Below are positions 56,601 through 64,000 of a stretch of 64,000 bases of DNA, one piece after another. The stretch is taken from IMG/VR virus record IMGVR_UViG_3300049004_000016, positions 51,286-115,285 of that record. One strand, given 5' to 3'. Source of the stretch: a virus. Lineage: Duplodnaviria > Caudoviricetes. A program made the translations under genes and the position numbers. Each line of letters begins with the position of its first letter. Position 1 is the first letter of the stretch. The notes under the pieces were generated by a model, which saw only the letters and a program-made list of their open reading frames with translations, was not told where the DNA came from and searched no databases.

Positions 56601-58384
56601 CACGCTGACCCCTCCTCCAGCACGGACGCCGCGCGCCCCTCGTTCCACTTCTTGATGTCTTCCCACCGGTACAGGCTGGGCTTGCCCGGCCCAGACGACA
56701 CCGGGTCCGGGAACCGAGCGTCACGATCCCGGCCGTTGCGCAGGGTCTTGATGTTCACCGCCAGGCGCTCCGCAGCGTCGGAGATGCTGACCGCTTCCGA
56801 AGGCGGAGGCGGCACGATCATCAGGTGAGGCAGGTGTCGATCACCGGTGTCTGTTTCCCCAGGATGAGGTACCTCAGCAGCGCCCTGACCATAGGGTGAT
56901 CCATTAGCTGCCTCGGCTGCCTCAAGGGGCGGAAACACGGCCACCGTGCCGCTCAGGGCGTAGTCCAGGGCCTCCTGCTCATCAGCCAACATCACCTGCA
57001 CCAGCGTCGCCTCATCACCCACGACGACGTACACCCGGCCACGGTGCTTGGTGTACCGAGGGTAACGGCCACCGCGCTTGCACTCCGGCGCCAACATGTT
57101 CCACGTCGACGTCGTCGCCCGGCCCAGCACGCGGGTCGACATATTTTCTCGAGCGGCTGTACCACCGATGGCCTGGGCGGTGATCTTCTGCCCGATCGGG
57201 ATCACGTGGACCCGACCCTGCCGGCCCATCGCCATCGAACGGCCCAACGCGGCCATCGCCGGGGGCTTCATCGGTGCCCCAGTCGGCCGGATCGAGCGCC
57301 AGTAGGTGCCGATGTCGTCCTGGAGGGTGTTCAGCTCCTCCGCGATGACCGTCAGGCGTGGCCCGATCAACGCCGCATCCACGTTGCCCCGGATGTCAGC
57401 GTTGGTCTTGATGATCCCGAACCGGCGGTCGATCTCACCCGACAGCCACAGCAGCGCCTCGTAGATCTCTTTCTCCGAGGAGCAGTACCGCACCCCTGGG
57501 TGGTCGGCACACCACGCGTGGGACACCTGCTTGCGGTCCAGGATCAACGCCAACCCACCCTGGTGTAGCTGCTGCATCAGCAGTGCCCGCGCTGCCGTGG
57601 ACTTGCCGGCGTTGGTGGCCATGCTGAAACCGACGTGGGGTGCCTCAGCGTCAAGGTCCAGGCCGTAGGGGACGTCCCGTGGTCCCAAACCCAGGATGGG
57701 GCGTCCCTCTGGGGCAGCATCGACCATGACCCGTACCGCTGGGTCGCTGAACTCCACCAGGTCCGGTGGTGCGGGTGCGGGACGCAGCTCCACGTAGGGG
57801 CGTTCCCCCCGCAGCTCGAACGTCGCGGTGGGGTAGTGCAACCCGACCTTGCGGCTGATCATCCGAACCAGGGTCTTCTCCTGGGCCTCGGTGGGTGTGT
57901 AGGTCCGGGGCAGGTAGACGCGGGTGGGACGGTCATCGACGTCGACGGGTACGTGGATCAGGGACCGTGGGTCCAGGGTGTATTTGGCGTCACCCAGGTG
58001 CCCCGCCAGGACCTCACCCAGTGGGGCGATCAGTTCCCGCCGGTGGACGTAGCGGCGTCCCTTCTCCCAGATGACCCACCCCGCGATGGCCAACCCGACC
58101 CACACCAGTACCCGCAGTGTGTTCGCGGTGGCGGTGGGGTTGGTGATCGCGCCGTACACGGCGAGGATCAGGCCGGTCAGGACCATCATGCGGACCCCGG
58201 ACCGGCGGCGCTGTGGGTAGTGCGCCCACCGGGATGCGTACCCGTGGGGTGTCAGGGCCTGGGTGCCAGGCTTAGCCCACCGGTGGTCTGTGCGTGTTCT
58301 GCCGTCGAGGTCTCGCCCGGCGAGGAGCCGGAGTCCGACCTTGGCAGCGCGGGCCCCCCGCGTTGGTTTGGTGGCGGTCGCCAC
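56600..58384 (-). CDS. TraB/FtsK-SpoIIIE-like DNA translocase with C-terminal HTH
   Basis: N-terminal TMs; PH...SMATNAGKST Walker A-like, EIDRR, IAEEL Walker B, MGRQ.RVH..IGQ, GRVY; terminal HTH. Confidence 0.8.
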   Translation of the reverse strand: MATATKPTRGARAAKVGLRLLAGRDLDGRTRTDHRWAKPGTQALTPHGYASRWAHYPQRRRSGVRMMVLTGLILAVYGAITNPTATANTLRVLVWVGLAIAGWVIWEKGRRYVHRRELIAPLGEVLAGHLGDAKYTLDPRSLIHVPVDVDDRPTRVYLPRTYTPTEAQEKTLVRMISRKVGLHYPTATFELRGERPYVELRPAPAPPDLVEFSDPAVRVMVDAAPEGRPILGLGPRDVPYGLDLDAEAPHVGFSMATNAGKSTAARALLMQQLHQGGLALILDRKQVSHAWCADHPGVRYCSSEKEIYEALLWLSGEIDRRFGIIKTNADIRGNVDAALIGPRLTVIAEELNTLQDDIGTYWRSIRPTGAPMKPPAMAALGRSMAMGRQGRVHVIPIGQKITAQAIGGTAARENMSTRVLGRATTSTWNMLAPECKRGGRYPRYTKHRGRVYVVVGDEATLVQVMLADEQEALDYALSGTVAVFPPLEAAEAANGSPYGQGAAEVPHPGETDTGDRHLPHLMIVPPPPSEAVSISDAAERLAVNIKTLRNGRDRDARFPDPVSSGPGKPSLYRWEDIKKWNEGRAASVLEEGSA

Positions 58385-58435
58385 GATCGTTCCCTTCCTT
58401 CGGTGGGTCGGTGACCCGGCGCCCCGCCGCGCTTG

Positions 58436-58561
58436 TCACGATGTTTTGGCCACGTAGAGGGCCCCTGCGACGATCAGTAAGAAGATGGGGTGGGCGACCG
58501 CAACGCTTGTTAGCGCCCCGAGTGCGGTCGCCGCCCCTGTCAACCATTGGTCGGTTGTCAC
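58436..58561 (-). CDS. small membrane protein (41 aa)
   Basis: GTGA-coupled; MTTDQWLTGAATALGALTSVAVAHPIFLLIVAGALYVAKTS. Confidence 0.45.
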   Translation of the reverse strand: MTTDQWLTGAATALGALTSVAVAHPIFLLIVAGALYVAKTS

Positions 58562-58749
58562 CGACCGAGCCGGGCCACGGCGTCCAGCACCTTACCCACC
58601 GTTGATTTACCGCCCTTGCCCTTGTTCTTCTCTTCGCTGTCCTTGATCTGCGCCGCGACATGCTTATCGGGGTTGTATTTCCCGTTGTTCGCGGCTGCCC
58701 CGCCCACGTAGCGTTCCTCGTGCCCGTAGTCGCCAGTCAAAATTCCCAT
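58558..58749 (-). CDS. small hypothetical protein
   Basis: GAGGAG SD. Confidence 0.5.
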   Translation of the reverse strand: MGILTGDYGHEERYVGGAAANNGKYNPDKHVAAQIKDSEEKNKGKGGKSTVGKVLDAVARLGR

Positions 58750-58794
58750 GACTCTCACTCCTCATCTCCGTTGGTTTACTTGCCACACGTACGT

Positions 58795-59295
58795 TCACCC
58801 TTTGCATCCACCGCAGTGGATCCCAGGGCAGCTTCTTCCGCCACCTTTGAGTAGCGCCAGCAAGAACACCAACCCCACCAGGGTCGCTATCCCGGTGATG
58901 CTGGAAGCGATAGCGGCGCTGTGCACACCGAACCAATCGAATGCAGCGGCGATACCTAGATAGATGTGGTAGATGACCCACAACGCGCCGCCACCGAGGC
59001 TGGCGTACAGCAGATACCGCAGCACCATCAGCGACGCGATGAAGTAGTCACCGATCTCCCACTGCTCCCGGTCGTATTCCGGGCCGATCGGCAGTATCGG
59101 TGTCCCAACCAGCAGGTGTATCCGTGCCCGTTCCTCACCGGGTACGACTGGGTCCAGGCGCTCCACGCTCATCAGCGCGCCCATCTCCTGGTACCGGGCG
59201 ATGGTGTACAGCACGTCAGCGGACCGACCCACGACCTCGTGGAAGATCGACGGCAGCGCGGCTTGGGTGCGGGTCGCGGGTGCGTTGGTGGTCAC
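58795..59295 (-). CDS. membrane protein with C-terminal CxGxHCxGC (Spd-like region)
   Basis: Two TMs; coupled to upstream gene. Confidence 0.55.
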   Translation of the reverse strand: MTTNAPATRTQAALPSIFHEVVGRSADVLYTIARYQEMGALMSVERLDPVVPGEERARIHLLVGTPILPIGPEYDREQWEIGDYFIASLMVLRYLLYASLGGGALWVIYHIYLGIAAAFDWFGVHSAAIASSITGIATLVGLVFLLALLKGGGRSCPGIHCGGCKG

Positions 59296-60092
59296 GCCAC
59301 TGCCTCCAGGGTGTTGGCGTCAACAGCCGCCAGGCGACGGGCGACCCGGTCGGTGACACCCAGCTCGGCCATCAGGACCCGGCGGCCGGCACGGGGCAGG
59401 CCCTTGGCGTCCCGGTCCCGGTGCAGCGCCCGTACCCGCGCGATCAGGTCGGCGTCAACGTCCTGGGTGGGGTGGGGTGCTGCTGGTGGGGCAGCCCGCT
59501 TGGTGGGTTCCGCCGGGGGTGTGGGTGCCGGTTGGGTCACCAGGTCCTGGGTGGGACGCTGCGCCGGTGCGATTGGTACAGCGGGTGGCGGTAGTGGTGC
59601 TGGTGCTGGGAACGCTGGCACTGGTGCTGGGACTGGAGTGGGTACTGGTTGGGTCGCTGCCCTAGCGGCGTCCCGTGCCACGGCCTCAACGTCGCGGCGC
59701 ATCGCGGCGAACTTGAGCAACACGTCCTGCCCGTACTCGGTGAGGACCACCAGCAAGATCGGCAGGAACGCGTGCAGGAACGCCATGAGGTAGTGGCCGT
59801 CCCGTAGCGCGATCGCGGTGTTGATGACCAGCGACATGCCAGCGGTTGTCAAGCGCAGCGCGCGACCCCAGTTGCTGGACAGCCCGTGGGCGTACAGCCG
59901 CCGGTCACCGATCAGTGCGACGCACAAACCGATGTCCACCGCGAGACCGGTTGCCAACCCCAGCGCCCGGTTATCACCGAGAGCCCCGTACGCCAGGAAG
60001 GCGTTAATCGCGCTGCCGCCCATGACGACTAAGGCGCAACCCCACGTCCCGGCGACGATGGCCTTCGCGGTGCGTTCCGCGTCTTGCCTCAC
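59292..60092 (-). CDS. Spd/DUF2637-like plasmid spread protein
   Basis: 4 TMs with AVD motif, Pro-rich linker, C-terminal GRRVLMAELGVTDRVARRL HTH. Confidence 0.7.
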   Translation of the reverse strand: MRQDAERTAKAIVAGTWGCALVVMGGSAINAFLAYGALGDNRALGLATGLAVDIGLCVALIGDRRLYAHGLSSNWGRALRLTTAGMSLVINTAIALRDGHYLMAFLHAFLPILLVVLTEYGQDVLLKFAAMRRDVEAVARDAARAATQPVPTPVPAPVPAFPAPAPLPPPAVPIAPAQRPTQDLVTQPAPTPPAEPTKRAAPPAAPHPTQDVDADLIARVRALHRDRDAKGLPRAGRRVLMAELGVTDRVARRLAAVDANTLEAVA

Positions 60093-60171
60093 TGCGCTTC
60101 CCCTCCCTGACTGGATTGGTTGTGCCGACCGGTCGGACCTCCGTTGACATCCCGACCGGTCAGCACTTGCC

Positions 60172-60223
60172 AGTAACGTTACTACGGGTTGTTCCGTTGT
60201 GTAACGGAAGGGTTCACGTTACA
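60172..60223. promoter_or_regulatory. palindromic operator candidates in divergent spd/XRE gap
   Basis: Perfect AGTAACGTTACT (60172-60183) and TGTAACG-N10-CGTTACA (60200-60223). Confidence 0.5.
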
Positions 60224-60254
60224 TAGTTTCATCTACATATGGGAGACTCAGAAC

Positions 60255-61103
60255 GTGACAGCACCTATCGGACCCACAGTGCGGCGCCATCAACTCGCCC
60301 ATGCCCTGCGTCAGCTCCGGCTCGACGCGAAGTGCTCGGTGATGGACGCGGCCCATGCGTTGCGGTGTTCCCGACCGAAAATCCAACACCTGGAGTCCGG
60401 CCGGAACCTGCCCAGCTACCCCGACCTGGAAAGCCTTCTTCGCAGGTATGACCGGTCGGATCTGTTGGATGAGCTCGATGAGCTTCGGGTGGTCGCGGAG
60501 GAACGCGGGTGGTGGACTACCTACCGTTTGCCACCGTGGTTGCAGGCGTATGTCGGTTTGGAAACCGACGCCGTGGCGGTGCGGTGTTTCGCGCTGGAGT
60601 TGGTGCCCGGCCTGGTGCAGACACCTGATTACGCACGGGACACCTTGATGAGGTGGGGCGCGAAGAACGGTGACCTGGACCGTGGGGTGCGGGTGCGGAT
60701 GGAACGCCAGCGGCGCCTGGACGTGGACCTCGCCCTGTCGGTGGTGATGTCGGAGGCGCTGCTGTGGCGCACGTACCACATGGGCGAGATCGGTGCCGGG
60801 CAGTTGAGCCACATGGCGGGGGTCGCCAGCAGGAAAGGCGACGGTGGGGTCACGCTGTATGTGCTGCCGTTCGCTGCCGGTGGGCACCGCTCGATGTCTG
60901 GTTCGTTCACGCTGATGGACTTCCCTGCCGGCGCGTTGCCGACCGTGGCTTACCAGGAGTACGCAGTCGGTGGGCACCTGGTTGATGAGCCGGACTCGGT
61001 GTCGAAGCTGACGGGGCTGTTTGACGATTTGAGGCGGCAGGCCCTGGACTCGGAGGCCAGCTTGGCGCTCATCACGGATTTCGCCACCAGGGCGAATAGA
61101 TAG
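60255..61103 (+). CDS. XRE HTH + DUF5753 regulator (WhiJ/Scr1-like)
   Basis: PTVRRHQL...LRQLR, GWW, YVGLE, VPGLVQTPDYA, RMERQ, GSF. Confidence 0.93.
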   Translation: MTAPIGPTVRRHQLAHALRQLRLDAKCSVMDAAHALRCSRPKIQHLESGRNLPSYPDLESLLRRYDRSDLLDELDELRVVAEERGWWTTYRLPPWLQAYVGLETDAVAVRCFALELVPGLVQTPDYARDTLMRWGAKNGDLDRGVRVRMERQRRLDVDLALSVVMSEALLWRTYHMGEIGAGQLSHMAGVASRKGDGGVTLYVLPFAAGGHRSMSGSFTLMDFPAGALPTVAYQEYAVGGHLVDEPDSVSKLTGLFDDLRRQALDSEASLALITDFATRANR

Positions 61104-61111
61104 GAGAGGTC

Positions 61112-61315
61112 ATGGATGCCGGAGTAGAGATCGGCCGGTGGCAGAAGCCGCGCTTCTGCGAGAGCGCCAACGACTGTGTGGAGGTCGCCAAGGTCGCGGG
61201 TGGTGGCCGGTTGGTGCGTAATTCCAGCCTTGGCGATGCCGGTCCTGTGGTGTCGTTCACCGAGTCGGAGTGGTCGGCGTTCATCGGTAGCGCGAAGGAT
61301 GGCGAGTTCGACTAG
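61112..61315 (+). CDS. DUF397 protein
   Basis: WQK...CVEVA...VRNS...FT..EWSAF..SAKDGEFD. Confidence 0.9.
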   Translation: MDAGVEIGRWQKPRFCESANDCVEVAKVAGGGRLVRNSSLGDAGPVVSFTESEWSAFIGSAKDGEFD

Positions 61316-61594
61316 GCGACCGGGTCCCCCTGCCGCCCGTTCTTGATCGGGGTTGTGGGGGCCTCTCGGACGGGTGGGGTTCCCTCGGTTGACGCGGACC
61401 GGGGGACCCCACATCTATGTATTGACAACGACCGGCCGGGGGGTAGGGTAGTTATTAGGTGGGTGGCAGGAGTCGCGAGGGCACCGCGCAAGGTGCTCCT
61501 GGGCGCGGGGACTACACGAATCCCGCAGGCGAGCCTCGAACTCCTGCACCTCACCACCACAGGGCCGCCGGGCCCACCGACACGGGAGGTTGAC

Positions 61595-61780
61595 ATGCAG
61601 GACTTGTTTGAAGAGATCATCGATCGCGTCGAGTACGACTTCTGCGAGGACGACGACGAGATCCAGGGAAACTGGAAGATCACCAGGGTCGGCAACATCG
61701 TGACCATCGAGTACCTGCCGTATGACGTCTCGCCGTTCCCCGCGAAGACCATGGCCTACCGGGTGGAGCGCATCAGTTAG
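61595..61780 (+). CDS. small acidic hypothetical protein
   Basis: GACACGGGAGG leader before ATG 61595. Confidence 0.55.
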   Translation: MQDLFEEIIDRVEYDFCEDDDEIQGNWKITRVGNIVTIEYLPYDVSPFPAKTMAYRVERIS

Positions 61781-61781
61781 C

Positions 61782-61810
61782 TGTAACGGGAACCGGCCGC
61801 GCGGCGATAA
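61782..61810 (+). promoter_or_regulatory. ECF-type promoter motif TGTAAC-N17-CGATAA (copy 7)
   Basis: Starts 1 nt after the upstream stop; same spacing. Confidence 0.75.
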
Positions 61811-61851
61811 ACCGAGTAACAGCCAAACAGCACGGACCGAGGGAGCCAGCG

Positions 61852-62790
61852 ATGAGCGCGACACGCACCGACATTCACAGGCCAAGCGCACCGACGTTCG
61901 ACCCCGAGGCTTACGACTGCCAGGGTGTGTTCGACCTGAACCCGGAGTGGGGCGACAGCAGGGACCGCATCCTGACTGTCAACCGGATGATCCAGGAGGG
62001 TTACAGGTTCGCTTCACACCAGACCAGCGGCCAGTGTGGGCACTGTGGGGCGCGCCTGCGGTACGTGGCGCTGCTGACCTACGACCCGAGCATGGAAATG
62101 ATCTGGGTGGGGGAGACGTGCCTGTCGGGGCGTTTCGAGTCGCTGACCAAGGCCCAGTTCGATCAGCTCCGCAAGACCGCGAAGCTGGATCGGGAGCGTC
62201 AGGCGCGGATCGCGGCTTTCCAGGAGTTGTGCCAGGACTGCCCGGCGCTGGTGTGGGCGACCTACGCGCACAACATCGGTGTAGCCGGGCTGGGCGACCA
62301 CCGGGCCGACCTGCCGGCGCTGGAGCAGACGTGGGGTCAGCGCAACGACAAGAGTTGGGCGATCGGTGTCCTAGATGACATCGCTAGGAAGGCGCGCAAG
62401 TACGGCGACTTGTCGACCAAGCAAGCGGAATTGGTCGCGCGTTTGGTGGGGGAGTTGGAGACCGCCGAGGCCGACACCGACGCGCGGTCAGCGGCCAAGG
62501 CACTGGAGGAGGCCAACGCTAAGCCGGTCCCCACCGGCAAGGTCGTCATCGAGGGTGAGGTCCTGACGGTCAAGCCGGTGCGCAACGACTTCGACCCCTT
62601 CGGTGGGTCGGTGTTGAAGATGTTGGTGGCCGGTGACGGGTGGAAGGTGTGGGGCACTGTCCCGGCCGCTATCGATGGTGTGGACCGTGGTGACCGGGTG
62701 AAGTTCACCGCGACGGTCAAGCCGAAGGAAGGAGACGAAACGTTCGGGTACTACTCCCGGCCGAGTAAGGCCGAGGTGCTGGTGAAGTAA
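61852..62790 (+). CDS. Zn-ribbon + OB-fold protein
   Basis: CGHCG...VGETC; C-terminal IEGEVL...KML...GDRVKFTATV...RP OB-like. Confidence 0.65.
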   Translation: MSATRTDIHRPSAPTFDPEAYDCQGVFDLNPEWGDSRDRILTVNRMIQEGYRFASHQTSGQCGHCGARLRYVALLTYDPSMEMIWVGETCLSGRFESLTKAQFDQLRKTAKLDRERQARIAAFQELCQDCPALVWATYAHNIGVAGLGDHRADLPALEQTWGQRNDKSWAIGVLDDIARKARKYGDLSTKQAELVARLVGELETAEADTDARSAAKALEEANAKPVPTGKVVIEGEVLTVKPVRNDFDPFGGSVLKMLVAGDGWKVWGTVPAAIDGVDRGDRVKFTATVKPKEGDETFGYYSRPSKAEVLVK

Positions 62791-62846
62791 GCGGTTAGCG
62801 GTGGGGTGGCCGCCGGGTCACCCCCAAGACACGGGAGGTCCAGCAA

Positions 62847-62987
62847 ATGCTCAGCACGAGTTCGGAGGGGCGGGGTCCGTACGGCGCGGCGCAGCGCCAC
62901 GTCGGGGAAGACGCCGAGACGTTCATCGAGAGGTCCCTTGAGGAGGGGCACCAACCGGACGCGGTGGCCTATCCACAGGAGGGTTAG
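62847..62987 (+). CDS. small hypothetical protein (46 aa)
   Basis: GACACGGGAGG leader; not in the ORF track. Confidence 0.4.
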   Translation: MLSTSSEGRGPYGAAQRHVGEDAETFIERSLEEGHQPDAVAYPQEG

Positions 62988-62997
62988 CGGACTGGGG

Positions 62998-63026
62998 TGT
63001 AACGGTGCGGGGCCCGGTGGCGATAT
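62998..63026 (+). promoter_or_regulatory. ECF-type promoter motif TGTAAC-N17-CGATAT (copy 8)
   Basis: Same motif and spacing. Confidence 0.75.
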
Positions 63027-63113
63027 ACCCCATGTAAGGCGTTGACATTGACCGCCTACAGGGTAGGTTGAGGAGTGGGGCCGCCGGGCTCCGCACGACA
63101 CGGAGGTACCGAG

Positions 63114-63935
63114 ATGGATCTTAAGGCCGCGACACCGGTGGAGATTGACACCGAGCTGGGGCGCATCGGCACGGAGATGGCCAAGCAGTACGCGATCATT
63201 GACCGCGCGGAGCGGACCATCGCGATGGAGCGTAAGTACACGTCACCGGCGGGCACGGTGAACCAGCGCCGGATCGACCAGTGCCAGGGCCTGATCAACG
63301 CCGCCGGGTCGGAGTTGTCGCGGCTGATGGTGGAGCGGTCACCGTTTGAGGCTGAGTTCGTTGGCCGTGGCGGGTGGACCCGGTACTACCTGGTGGACAA
63401 CGACAACGGGCACGTCCACTACGACGCCAGCAACCGCCGGTGCTCCCGGACCCCCTCGACAACCCACATTTGGTTGGTCGACCACAGTGGCCGGCAAGCT
63501 GAGGACCTAGTCGAGGACGCCGGGTGTCGGGCGTGCACCGTGTGTTTCCCGTGGGCACCGATGGACACGTTGAAGCGGCCCACGATTTTCTACACACCGT
63601 CTGAGATCGAGAAGCAGAACCGGGCCGCCGAGAAGGCGACCAAGCGCGCGGCGCGGGAAGCGAAGACCATCACCAACCCGGACGGGTCGCCGTTGCGGAT
63701 CGGTGGCCGGTATGGCGAGCGGATCAACAGCGTTATCGGTGCGGAGCGCGCCGTGATCGACATCAGGGTGTGGGCGAAGGTCTACCGCCGGGCGTTGGAG
63801 GAAGTGGAGCTAGCCGACATCGAGCGGTTGTTGACGGCACTGGCCGCGAAGCGCGGCACTGACGTGGAGACCGAGCGCGCCGCGCTGGAAAGCCGGTACG
63901 TGGCCAAGTGCAAGCGGGAAGGGGTCACGCCGTGA
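63114..63935 (+). CDS. conserved actinophage hypothetical protein
   Basis: GACACGGAGG leader; GGWTRYYLV...GHVH...CS...CTVCFPWAP. Confidence 0.7.
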   Translation: MDLKAATPVEIDTELGRIGTEMAKQYAIIDRAERTIAMERKYTSPAGTVNQRRIDQCQGLINAAGSELSRLMVERSPFEAEFVGRGGWTRYYLVDNDNGHVHYDASNRRCSRTPSTTHIWLVDHSGRQAEDLVEDAGCRACTVCFPWAPMDTLKRPTIFYTPSEIEKQNRAAEKATKRAAREAKTITNPDGSPLRIGGRYGERINSVIGAERAVIDIRVWAKVYRRALEEVELADIERLLTALAAKRGTDVETERAALESRYVAKCKREGVTP

Positions 63936-64000
63936 GCGTCCTGGTGTCGCTGCGGTGGGCCGCGTACTGGCTGGCGCTGGTGTTCACCTCGATGGGCATC

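Noticed and set aside
60200-60223. Ninth copy of the ECF promoter motif
   Set aside because: TGTAAC is present on both strands, but neither has CGATA at 17 nt. Treated as a palindromic operator candidate instead.
55800-60250. TraB-recognised clt 8-bp repeat array
   Set aside because: No non-coding direct-repeat array was found; the repeats at about 59570-59650 simply encode the Pro-rich linker.

Overview
This window is a 64-kb segment of a high-GC actinobacteriophage or prophage with siphovirus-like structural genes. The host is probably a mycelial actinomycete, inferred from Rpf, WhiB, XRE/DUF397 and TraB/Spd-like genes. Left to right it holds: Rpf-LysM and NlpC/P60 cell-wall hydrolases; a probable small terminase; a block of small reverse-strand ORFs; a ParB + DpdA-like + two QueD-like + QueE + FolE 7-deazaguanine DNA-modification cluster with no QueC in the window; head genes (terminase, portal, 2H-phosphoesterase/MuF fusion, protease-scaffold, major capsid); an acid-free NUMOD3-like repeat protein; tail genes (tube, chaperones with a -1 frameshift, tape measure, long 22-aa repeat protein, three paralogous tip proteins); a lysis region; a Ro60/TROVE gene preceded by three tandem Y RNA-like units; regulators (WhiB fusion, sigma-region-2-only protein, DUF397, XRE); a CDF transporter; and a TraB/Spd-like transfer module. 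The most notable non-coding signals are the Y RNA array and eight copies of a TGTAAC-N17-CGATA promoter-like motif. In several copies this motif is followed by a stem-loop and a GACACGGAGG leader, dividing accessory genes into cassettes. All calls are by eye from motifs; no searches were run.
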